Of a stretch of 37,102 nt of DNA, positions 8,949 to 16,505 are shown in pieces; position 1 is the first letter of the stretch; every line of letters begins with the position of its first letter. The translations under genes and the position numbers were made by a program. The notes beneath the pieces are model-generated. The model was not told the origin of the DNA. It did no database searches and saw only the letters and a list, made by a program, of their open reading frames with translations. The stretch comes from an uncultured bacterium (GTDB lineage: Bacteria > Fidelibacterota > Marinisomatia > Marinisomatales > UBA1611). The stretch lies in the NCBI GenBank assembly GCA_938092125.1, contig CALKMQ010000053.1:1-37102 (forward strand), written 5' to 3'.

Positions 8949-11900
8949 TTACTTTAAATATGTAAGCTTGCCTTTTACAATTTTCTCTTGCAGTGTGAAA
9001 GTGTAATAATAAACTCCACTTGAAACTAAATCACCATATCTGTTTTTTCCATCCCAAGAAATTTGATGATAGCCCTTTGCACCGCCCATAATTAATTCAT
9101 CAACAATCATTTTCCCAGTAATGTCATAGACATTAAATATCACTAATTGAGGAGTTTCGATGGAAAAATCAAATTTGACTTTACCATTAAATGGGTTTGG
9201 GTATACCGAATGAATCTTGAAACTATTTGGAATATTTATATCAGACTCTTCATTTTTTGAGCTAAGGATATCTGTTCTTCGAATAATTTTAGCATAATAA
9301 TTAGCAAGGTCCTCTTTCCCGGAACTTCTGAGATCAATCCAATGAAGGAGATAGTCTTCGCCACTATATTTGGTTATCCTAGGATTTTTTTGACCATGGT
9401 ATTCAACAGATATTGGAATGCCGTCTATACCTGTGGTTCTTCCAGAACCAGTGACATAGGCAGAACCATAAAGATCAACACCATTTATTAAAAGTGGGTC
9501 ATTATTATAATACCCTCTACCATCCTCCCAAACAATAATATATTCTCCCGCTGCAACTGATTTCACCAACGGCTTTTGCTGGTTGGTTGTATCGAATGTA
9601 AAAAAAACATCGGTTTGATTCATAGTACCTGAGACAAGGTTTATTTCTCTACCAACGACGTTGTAGTCAGTTCCATTTCTGTAATCTTCCCATGCAATAA
9701 ATGCTGTTTGACCTGGTTCATCAATATCAAAAGATATCGCAGATTGGTCATTGTCCTCGATACTTATAGCCAAACCGTTTACGTCCCATTCTTTTTGACC
9801 ATTCCAATCAATTTTTTGGGCATAAATATCACTAAAATTTCCCTCTTGATTCCAAACTGCAAGCACACCACTTGTTTCCGAAATTGATTTAACAGATAAA
9901 TTATTTGCCCCTATGGTCTGGTTACTGAGACTATAGCCACTTGGAGGCCAACCAATAGAAATAGATCCACTGGCATCAACTTTATTATACTTTAATCTTG
10001 ATGCTGGCCAAACTTCTTCTACCCAAAAAACAAGAAAGCCTCCATCAGGCGTTGGAAGTATACTTTGGATATAATCATCTCCATTTGACTCTGCGACCAC
10101 AATACCTCCGGAACTCAGCTGACTTTCTCCATTATTATTGAGCGATTGAAAAAATATATCAAAACCGCTTAAAAAGGATCTGCTCTCTGACCAAAAAACA
10201 CCAACACCCTGAATTCCAAGATCCACCAAATGAGCGTTCCGTTGATCATTCTCAGGACTAAGGGCAACGCCGTTTTGATCCCAAATATTTTCTAGGTTAG
10301 CATCTAATTTATTTATTCTAATCTTTTTCGGAGTTTCAGTGGCATCGAAGGATGCAGTATAGACGCTATTAGATGCGTTTATCATGAACGGACTGGACAA
10401 ATCAATTTCAGTTGAGGAATTATCAGAAAATGAGATTTGATTTCCATTTAAGTGTGATATTTCTCCCGAGCTAATGACATTTGCATAAATTTTCTTACTA
10501 GCTCTGTTATCTTCCCATACTAAAACTATTTTTTCATTATCAATTGGAAATCCAACATTATATTTAATATCTCCATCTAATCCTTTAACCGCAAGCAACC
10601 CACCAGTTTCGAAAAGCGCACTGACACCTTTATAGTAGTTAACTCTTAAATCTATGCTACCACTTCCTTGATCAGCATACACTACAAATACACTATCACT
10701 AGAGCCACTAATGATATTGGGTGCGAATTGATAACCTTCATCACCAGTAACAACAATTGGTATATCACTTTGAGGCTGACCGTTCGAGTTAAAACTTTGG
10801 AATAAGATATCAACATTTGGAAAAACACCTTTCTCCCAAAATATATCGAATCCGCCAATATCATTTGCAGCAAACCTTCCGCTAAAATTAACACCGTCTG
10901 TTAAGTCAACCTGAATACCATCTCCCCATTGCACAGTACCATCTTCATTAATTTTTTGCATAAAAATATCACCATCTACAGAATCAAAACGTAAATCTTT
11001 CCAAGACAGAAATACGTCACCCTCACTGCCTCTTTTCAGCCTTGGCCCAGTTTGAATGGCATCAAACTGAGAAACAGCTTTTGAACTAGTAAAAACAAGT
11101 CCATTTTGATCAACAAACTGAAATAGTATTCTGGCATTATCATCACCATACTTCCAGGTAACAATTGAAGTTGTATTATTTACAAAAGTTGTTCGTGGCC
11201 TTGTTTCCAAACCAGACGTATTAGCAATAGGAATTCCATTTTCTTGAAACAATGGTGACATCGTAATATCTAATCTTTGTCCGTAAATATCAATATTTTC
11301 ACCTTGCCTAGAATCTGACCAACAAATAAAAGCTTCATTGTTTCCAGCATACTCAATGCTTTTGGCTGATTGAGTTCCGCCCTGAACTACAATAGGGACA
11401 CCTATTCCGGGTTCAATGATATTATAATTACTATCAACGTGAGTACCGTAAATATCATCATCAACACCTCCGCGTTTATCTTGCCATGTCACAAAAACGC
11501 CACCAAGGCTATCTGTGCACATGTTTATGGAAATCTGTTGGCCTTGCAACTGAGCTAATGCCACCCCATTAGGATCCATTAATATTGAACCGTCATTGTT
11601 TACATGTTGAATAAATATATCCCCAGCATCATCAAATCTATAGTCAACCCAAGCAATAAACGCTCCGCCATTTCCGTCTTCAATTGAGACAGGGTCTTCC
11701 TGTCTTCCAGGTAAATTTGTAACAACTGCACCTGTTTCACCCCATAACAGATTTCCATTTTTATCTATTTTGTGAGCAAATACGTTACGCATACCAAATC
11801 GAGTGTCTGACCACACAAAAATAGCAGAGCCATCAAGAGAGGGAGCGACTGTTCGGTACCATTCGACATGAACACCTTGCCTTATTGGGGATGCATTATC

Positions 11901-11984
11901 GAAAGTGAATTGTTCAGCTTTCAGAGAAAGAATTGTAAAAAAAAATAATAAAACTCGAGTCTTCATTGATTTGTTAATCTCCAT
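8949..11984 (-). CDS. Large secreted tandem-repeat (propeller-like) protein with T9SS CTD
   Basis: 1011-codon ORF. Signal peptide VLLFFFTILSLKA (alternative ATG at 11966). About 16 copies of a 50-60 aa unit. C-terminus VYPNPFNGK...VYDITGK...SGVYYYTF...LTYLK. Confidence 0.8.
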   Translation of the reverse strand: MEINKSMKTRVLLFFFTILSLKAEQFTFDNASPIRQGVHVEWYRTVAPSLDGSAIFVWSDTRFGMRNVFAHKIDKNGNLLWGETGAVVTNLPGRQEDPVSIEDGNGGAFIAWVDYRFDDAGDIFIQHVNNDGSILMDPNGVALAQLQGQQISINMCTDSLGGVFVTWQDKRGGVDDDIYGTHVDSNYNIIEPGIGVPIVVQGGTQSAKSIEYAGNNEAFICWSDSRQGENIDIYGQRLDITMSPLFQENGIPIANTSGLETRPRTTFVNNTTSIVTWKYGDDNARILFQFVDQNGLVFTSSKAVSQFDAIQTGPRLKRGSEGDVFLSWKDLRFDSVDGDIFMQKINEDGTVQWGDGIQVDLTDGVNFSGRFAANDIGGFDIFWEKGVFPNVDILFQSFNSNGQPQSDIPIVVTGDEGYQFAPNIISGSSDSVFVVYADQGSGSIDLRVNYYKGVSALFETGGLLAVKGLDGDIKYNVGFPIDNEKIVLVWEDNRASKKIYANVISSGEISHLNGNQISFSDNSSTEIDLSSPFMINASNSVYTASFDATETPKKIRINKLDANLENIWDQNGVALSPENDQRNAHLVDLGIQGVGVFWSESRSFLSGFDIFFQSLNNNGESQLSSGGIVVAESNGDDYIQSILPTPDGGFLVFWVEEVWPASRLKYNKVDASGSISIGWPPSGYSLSNQTIGANNLSVKSISETSGVLAVWNQEGNFSDIYAQKIDWNGQKEWDVNGLAISIEDNDQSAISFDIDEPGQTAFIAWEDYRNGTDYNVVGREINLVSGTMNQTDVFFTFDTTNQQKPLVKSVAAGEYIIVWEDGRGYYNNDPLLINGVDLYGSAYVTGSGRTTGIDGIPISVEYHGQKNPRITKYSGEDYLLHWIDLRSSGKEDLANYYAKIIRRTDILSSKNEESDINIPNSFKIHSVYPNPFNGKVKFDFSIETPQLVIFNVYDITGKMIVDELIMGGAKGYHQISWDGKNRYGDLVSSGVYYYTFTLQEKIVKGKLTYLK
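9344..11882 (-). repeat. About 16 protein-level tandem repeats with core [FIV]xWxDxRxxxxDI[YF]xQ[KR][IV]xxxGxxxWxxxG[IV]
   Basis: Units read from the translation, for example VWSDTRFGMRNVFAHKIDKNGNLLWGETGAVV, AWVDYRFDDAGDIFIQHVNNDGS, TWQDKRGGVDDDIYGTHVD, CWSDSRQGENIDIYGQRLD, SWKDLRFDSVDGDIFMQKINEDGTVQWGDGIQV, VWNQEGNFSDIYAQKIDWNGQKEWDVNGLAI, AWEDYRNGTDYNVVGREI, VWEDGRGYYNND. Confidence 0.7.
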
Positions 11985-11991
11985 TGAAATA

Positions 11992-13044
11992 TTAAATATT
12001 TATTTTTGCGGTTTTTAATCCTGATCTAGTACAAATTAAAATGTGCTCATTCCAGAATTCAGTTTTGTATGCATATCCAACATCAAAAATTCCTTTTGCT
12101 TTCGGATTATGAATATCTGAGACATCGTAAAGAGCAATCCCTTTAGAACCGATGCTTAATACGGCGATATCATCTTTTACAGAAATATGATCAACCGTGA
12201 GGCCTTCTGCAAAATGAACAACTATTCCCTCACCTGATTCAATTGACTCTTTTTCGATAAAATATGCTCCGAAATCATCTGCTGATATATATGCTCCATT
12301 ATCGACTAATTTTACTTGTTCTGCATTACCACCTAAGTCAAACCTGGAAAGAAAAACAGGTTCACCTCCAGCATTTTCAATAGATTGATCAAAGATGAGA
12401 TTATAAAATTCTACACCCAATTGGTCTACTGCCATCGCTACCAAATTTTCACCATTACTATCAATACCTAGCGGTTTTCCATCCGTAGAAATTTCTCCTC
12501 CAGCAGATGGCATCCAATTAATTATTTCTAGATTGAATATGGTAGTAGTATCTGACTTATATGTTCCCCATTTGAGACCATCATCATTATCAGCAACATA
12601 CATAGTAAAACCACTTTCACCGTTCGGAAATGAAACATAGTCTTTAGTGCGATCACTCATTATTTCGTTTCTGTAAACAAAATCACTACTATCATCAAAA
12701 AAGAAAACTTTTACTTTTTTGTTTGATTCAGTGACGAATATCAAATTATTGTCTCCATCTCTTTTTACAATTGATATATCATCAAATTCGATGTACGAAC
12801 CATCTTGTGAATAACCCAAATATTCATGCAATACTTGTCCAGTTTCTAAATTCCAAATTTGCACCCCAGCTTGACCAGAAGCAACATATGCTATATTTTC
12901 TTCCACAGACACACTTCTACAAAAGCCTTTAGTATTAAAAACACTTATTTGATCAACAGACCAAAGACCCTCATCATTCGGCTCCATGCATGAGAAAAAC
13001 ATTAGAACGATTAACAAAAAATAAAATTTTTTAATAATTATCAT
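11992..13044 (-). CDS. LVIVD-repeat-like beta-propeller lipoprotein
   Basis: Lipoprotein-type signal FLLIVLMFFSC. Repeated segments resemble the LVIVD repeat: AYVASGQAGVQIWNLETGQ, VAMAVDQLGVEFYNL, AVLSIGSKGIALYDVSDIHNPKAKG. Confidence 0.65.
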   Translation of the reverse strand: MIIIKKFYFLLIVLMFFSCMEPNDEGLWSVDQISVFNTKGFCRSVSVEENIAYVASGQAGVQIWNLETGQVLHEYLGYSQDGSYIEFDDISIVKRDGDNNLIFVTESNKKVKVFFFDDSSDFVYRNEIMSDRTKDYVSFPNGESGFTMYVADNDDGLKWGTYKSDTTTIFNLEIINWMPSAGGEISTDGKPLGIDSNGENLVAMAVDQLGVEFYNLIFDQSIENAGGEPVFLSRFDLGGNAEQVKLVDNGAYISADDFGAYFIEKESIESGEGIVVHFAEGLTVDHISVKDDIAVLSIGSKGIALYDVSDIHNPKAKGIFDVGYAYKTEFWNEHILICTRSGLKTAKINI

Positions 13045-14059
13045 AGGAAAAACTCCACTTAATTTTACACCATAACTGCAATTGTTTAAAACTTTTTAGG
13101 TCACGAACCCAACTATATGATGACCCAGTTTCCCTAGATCGAAAACGAGCACTTAATACGATATCAAGATTTTCTCTTAAACTCTGATTAAACCAAATAT
13201 CTAATTTATTGTCTACATGATCTCTACCAGCATGTAAAACATCATTTACAGCTTCTGCATTGTAGTATCTCAGTTCTTGTCTAAACGAAATACCAAAATT
13301 CTCAACAATGTCTATTGGACTATTTATTTTTATAGGCATATACCATTCAATAGATTCATATGACCGGTCAAAGTCACTTGAAATTGCAGTTTTTGTAAAT
13401 GTCACATTATCGGCGACAGTTCTATTTATTTGGAAAGAAATTGAACCATATTTTTTTATTTTTTTATTTATCCTTATCTTACCATAATAGATATTTAAAT
13501 CAAATTCTGTGAATGGATTATCATAATACCTTTGAAGAAAACCAAAACTAATGATATACCAATTATTTTTATTAATCCTATTTGAAATAGACAGATATTG
13601 ATCATTATCTGTAAAACTACATGGCTTCAAGTCGTTTAAGGACAAATCTCTATCAATATAATGACGAAGGTAATAACTATTAAGGTGCCTTAAAGAGTAT
13701 TTCAGATTTCGGTATGAGCCCCATTTATATTTTACGGATATGATACCCGACCAATAGTCTTTGTTTGAATTATGAACATAATTTGACAAAGCTACGGATG
13801 AATAATAAATTACCTCTTTCTTATTTTTCGTGTATAATGTTTTATCAAAACCAAATTGGATTTTATTAATATAACTATCAAATGTTTTAGATCCGCCAAG
13901 GTATTGTAGATTGGAAGAAGCATCGGAAATTTCTTTTTTAGAAAATCTCATCACATTGTCATCGTAACCACCTTGATAACTCAAACTTAAGTTGATTGGC
14001 GTAGAACCGTAAGAAGTAGAAAAAGTATATAATATGTTAATTATGATTAAAAATCGCAT
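13031..14059 (-). CDS. Predicted outer-membrane beta-barrel protein
   Basis: Signal peptide FLIIINILYTFSTSYG. Tyr/aromatic-rich alternating strands throughout (LSLSYQGGYDDNV, ISVKYKWG, YIISFGFLQRYY, ISFRQELRYY). Aromatic C-terminus KIKWSFSYDNY. ATG overlaps the upstream stop as TAATG. Confidence 0.55.
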   Translation of the reverse strand: MRFLIIINILYTFSTSYGSTPINLSLSYQGGYDDNVMRFSKKEISDASSNLQYLGGSKTFDSYINKIQFGFDKTLYTKNKKEVIYYSSVALSNYVHNSNKDYWSGIISVKYKWGSYRNLKYSLRHLNSYYLRHYIDRDLSLNDLKPCSFTDNDQYLSISNRINKNNWYIISFGFLQRYYDNPFTEFDLNIYYGKIRINKKIKKYGSISFQINRTVADNVTFTKTAISSDFDRSYESIEWYMPIKINSPIDIVENFGISFRQELRYYNAEAVNDVLHAGRDHVDNKLDIWFNQSLRENLDIVLSARFRSRETGSSYSWVRDLKSFKQLQLWCKIKWSFSYDNY

Positions 14060-14937
14060 TAGTATAACATAAAACGCGCAAGGGCTGTTTTTCCCTCATC
14101 AAAAACTTCAATAGAATAATTATGATTACCTTTTGGGACTTTAATTTCACAACTTCGCCATTTTCCTGGAACTTTATCTGAACGGTTTTTAATTTTTGAA
14201 GATCCAGACCTTTCAGTATTGAAAAAGTAAGTACCAACCACCTTTTTTCCACTTTTGACATGAATTCTATAAGATTCCTGTGCTCCCATTTTTTCAGAAA
14301 ACTCTAATCTACTAATAATTCTTAAGATTTTTGGACCATATGCTTCTATCTGCAAAGGTATGTTTTTACTACATTCAAAATATTTTAGATTTTTTCCATC
14401 CAATTCAATATCCACATTATTTTTATGGACCATAGGAACTAATATTTTTTGATTCTTTTTTGGAATTTCAAATTCCTTTGATAATAAACGCAGAAGAACA
14501 GGGTATTTTAAATCTTTATTTTGGAGAATTTCGACTGTATGGTTTCCCTTAGGAATGTTAATAAAATAATTTCCAGAAAAAGTATATCTATGTTTTGGGT
14601 GTTGGACAGAACGCACAGACGATTGGACTTTATATCGATGATTGACGTTAATGGTGTCTTTTTGGTTAAGAACAATAATATAGTTAAAACTATGACTGTT
14701 TTTCTTTTTCTTTAGGACTGGATATCTACTGATAAATTCTGTTCTAGCAGGTCCACTAATCTTGTAAACGAGACCTGTTTGTTCAATTGGGTAATAGACT
14801 CTTCTTTTCGAGTTGATCACAAGAATTTCTTTTTGGTCTCTATTATTTAGAGGTCTCAATAATTTTGCAAACACAGTAGAATCACAAATAACTAAAAAAG
14901 AGATAAAAATTAATTTATAATAGACTATCCGGCTCAT
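14059..14937 (-). CDS. Secreted protein made of two homologous ~125-aa beta-rich domains (internal duplication)
   Basis: Signal peptide LIFISFLVICDSTVFA. The two halves align: YYPIEQTGLVYKISGPARTEFISRY / YFECSKNIPLQIEAYGPKILRIISRL, and YFINIPKGNHTVEIL / CEIKVPKGNHNYSIEV. No family recognised. Confidence 0.7.
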   Translation of the reverse strand: MSRIVYYKLIFISFLVICDSTVFAKLLRPLNNRDQKEILVINSKRRVYYPIEQTGLVYKISGPARTEFISRYPVLKKKKNSHSFNYIIVLNQKDTINVNHRYKVQSSVRSVQHPKHRYTFSGNYFINIPKGNHTVEILQNKDLKYPVLLRLLSKEFEIPKKNQKILVPMVHKNNVDIELDGKNLKYFECSKNIPLQIEAYGPKILRIISRLEFSEKMGAQESYRIHVKSGKKVVGTYFFNTERSGSSKIKNRSDKVPGKWRSCEIKVPKGNHNYSIEVFDEGKTALARFMLY

Positions 14938-16084
14938 GGTTTATGAGATGCTCCTTTATTTCTTTTTTACTTTGATAACCAACAACGAAAACTGAGATAC
15001 ACAAGACAATTAAACATATGAAAGCAACAAGTATGTTATATTTTTCGACAGCATATAAGTTACCTACTCCAATCTCGGGAACTGGTATTGGAGCAAAAGG
15101 CATTCCTAGTTTTTCTGTTAACGACTTAATGTTCAATACATGTAGAACAGGAATATCGTTTTTTGAAAATTTTGATAAAACACCTTCTATTCCACCATCT
15201 TGCAATGACACATTCTGTACATCAGATCTGTTTACAATACCTGCAGGAAGTAATTTTGAATTAAAACTAGTACCCAAGCTTGCTACTCCACCACCAACAT
15301 TTATCATCGCACTATAATTATCTATTTTTGCAAAATTTTTAAAAAGTTCCATTCTATAACTTATATTATCAGCCAGCTTACTTTTTTTAATTAATGGTAA
15401 TCCATGAACTGCAATATTTTCAGTAATAATATTTCTACCTTCAGGGCTAAGCAACCTGCCCATATCATTACGTCCTCCAATAGATGCAGCAATACTTCTA
15501 TTTGGAATTAAATCTTGTTCATAGAGTATTTCTTCCATGTCAAGCCAAGTAAAATCAATATGATTTGCACCCCATTGAGATGCTCCAACAGATGTAATGA
15601 CTACAGGATAGGCGCCTAATGCTTTCAATCCCGTCAAGACTGCAATATTTCCACCTGGCATAGACCCAGTTAAAAGAACTGCGACAGTGTCATTTTTTTC
15701 TATGCCTATTTGAACCATCAAATCAACCATGCCTGCAGAAAAATTTGGATCTAAAGTCGTTAATTTTGCGTCCAAGTCACCTTCGTCAGTGGTTATCAGA
15801 CTGAATGGACTTCCAATTAATCCAGTTTCATTCGGGTCATTTTCATCATCAATAAAAACACTAGATACCATTCTGTAAGATTTCAATGTATTCATTGATT
15901 CTTTCATTAGAGAGGCAGCTTTAACTTTAGTATTGTATGAAGATGATACCTCAATGGTGGTACTGTTTAATGAAATAATAAATGCAACCATTGCTATCAG
16001 AGACAAGATTAAAAGAGTTGATGTTTTTTGAATTGCAGGAATGAATGGCTTCTTTTTATAATTATTCAAAGATTGCACCTCCAA
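14915..16084 (-). CDS. PGA-locus-associated periplasmic protein with N- and C-terminal membrane anchors (likely the 'poly-gamma-glutamate system protein' family)
   Basis: Immediately follows pgsC with overlap. TM segments TSTLLILSLIAMVAFIISL and ILVAFICLIVLCISVFVVGY flank a ~300-aa soluble domain. I recall a conserved family found next to pgsBC in diderms, but the assignment is from memory. Start codon uncertain (TTG at 16084; GTG and TTG alternatives a few codons in). Confidence 0.6.
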   Translation of the reverse strand: MEVQSLNNYKKKPFIPAIQKTSTLLILSLIAMVAFIISLNSTTIEVSSSYNTKVKAASLMKESMNTLKSYRMVSSVFIDDENDPNETGLIGSPFSLITTDEGDLDAKLTTLDPNFSAGMVDLMVQIGIEKNDTVAVLLTGSMPGGNIAVLTGLKALGAYPVVITSVGASQWGANHIDFTWLDMEEILYEQDLIPNRSIAASIGGRNDMGRLLSPEGRNIITENIAVHGLPLIKKSKLADNISYRMELFKNFAKIDNYSAMINVGGGVASLGTSFNSKLLPAGIVNRSDVQNVSLQDGGIEGVLSKFSKNDIPVLHVLNIKSLTEKLGMPFAPIPVPEIGVGNLYAVEKYNILVAFICLIVLCISVFVVGYQSKKEIKEHLINHEPDSLL

Positions 16085-16505
16085 ATAATATCATCACCAT
16101 AAGTTTTACAATGACAGCTGTAAGAATAACAACTGAAATTGTGCGCGTCACACCTTGTCTGTCCATCCAATTTGCAATAAGACCAGGTATAATATTACCT
16201 ATAACAGCAACACTTTTTATACTTTCTGAATCAACATAAAACGTTCTGGATAAATAGCCGAAGAAAAAACCAAGTATAAGTGCAAGTACAATCCTTCTTT
16301 TTCCATATAAAAACATAATTTTGCTTAAAATTTTTATTATCCCCAAAACCAAAATAGCGACCAAAAAAGTTGAGAACACTTGGACTGGTTGATGTAAAAA
16401 TAAAGCGATGTAACCTGGCACAATAATCCCACCAGCCGTGACGCCAAGAGCTTCTGATAATACTAAGCTTAGAATAATTCCTAACCCAATGCTAATTTCA
16501 ACCAT
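16062..16505 (-). CDS. pgsC: Poly-gamma-glutamate biosynthesis membrane protein PgsC/CapC
   Basis: 147 aa, all hydrophobic. Blocks match remembered B. subtilis PgsC: GGIIVPGYIALFLHQPVQV (VPAGLVVPGYLALVFNQPVFI), LYGKRRIVLALILG (LYGRRKFAAMLITG), IGNIIPGLIANWMDRQGVTRT (IGIIVPGLIANTIQKQGLTIT). ATG overlaps the pgsB stop (ATGGTTGA). Confidence 0.92.
   Translation of the reverse strand: MVEISIGLGIILSLVLSEALGVTAGGIIVPGYIALFLHQPVQVFSTFLVAILVLGIIKILSKIMFLYGKRRIVLALILGFFFGYLSRTFYVDSESIKSVAVIGNIIPGLIANWMDRQGVTRTISVVILTAVIVKLMVMILFGGAIFE

Noticed and set aside
10682-10894. Short ORFs nested in or antisense to long genes (for example 216-398, 468-761, 2918-3103, 7955-8140, 8301-8483, 10682-10894, 11370-11558, 14037-14261, 14521-14715, 15018-15317, 16045-16239, 16679-17296, 21006-21260, 22110-22304, 23206-24504, 24912-26635, 27196-27761, 29946-30233, 30923-31132, 31683-33405, 34315-34575, 35437-36107, 36832-37095)
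   Set aside because: All lie wholly within much longer ORFs that carry recognisable motifs. They have low-complexity or odd composition and no start context. They are typical shadow ORFs of AT-rich DNA.
14059-14937. The duplicated beta-rich protein as a two-cohesin scaffold for the dockerin of C25-B
   Set aside because: The idea is attractive by proximity, but I see no cohesin-like motifs and cannot test the fold. It is mentioned only as something to test, not as a claim.
14915-16084. Calling the 389-aa protein PgsA/CapA because of its size and position after pgsC
   Set aside because: None of the remembered PgsA metallophosphatase-type blocks (GDxMxGR, NHAxDYG, HWGxEY, GHHPH) is present. 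It also has a second, C-terminal TM helix, which PgsA lacks.
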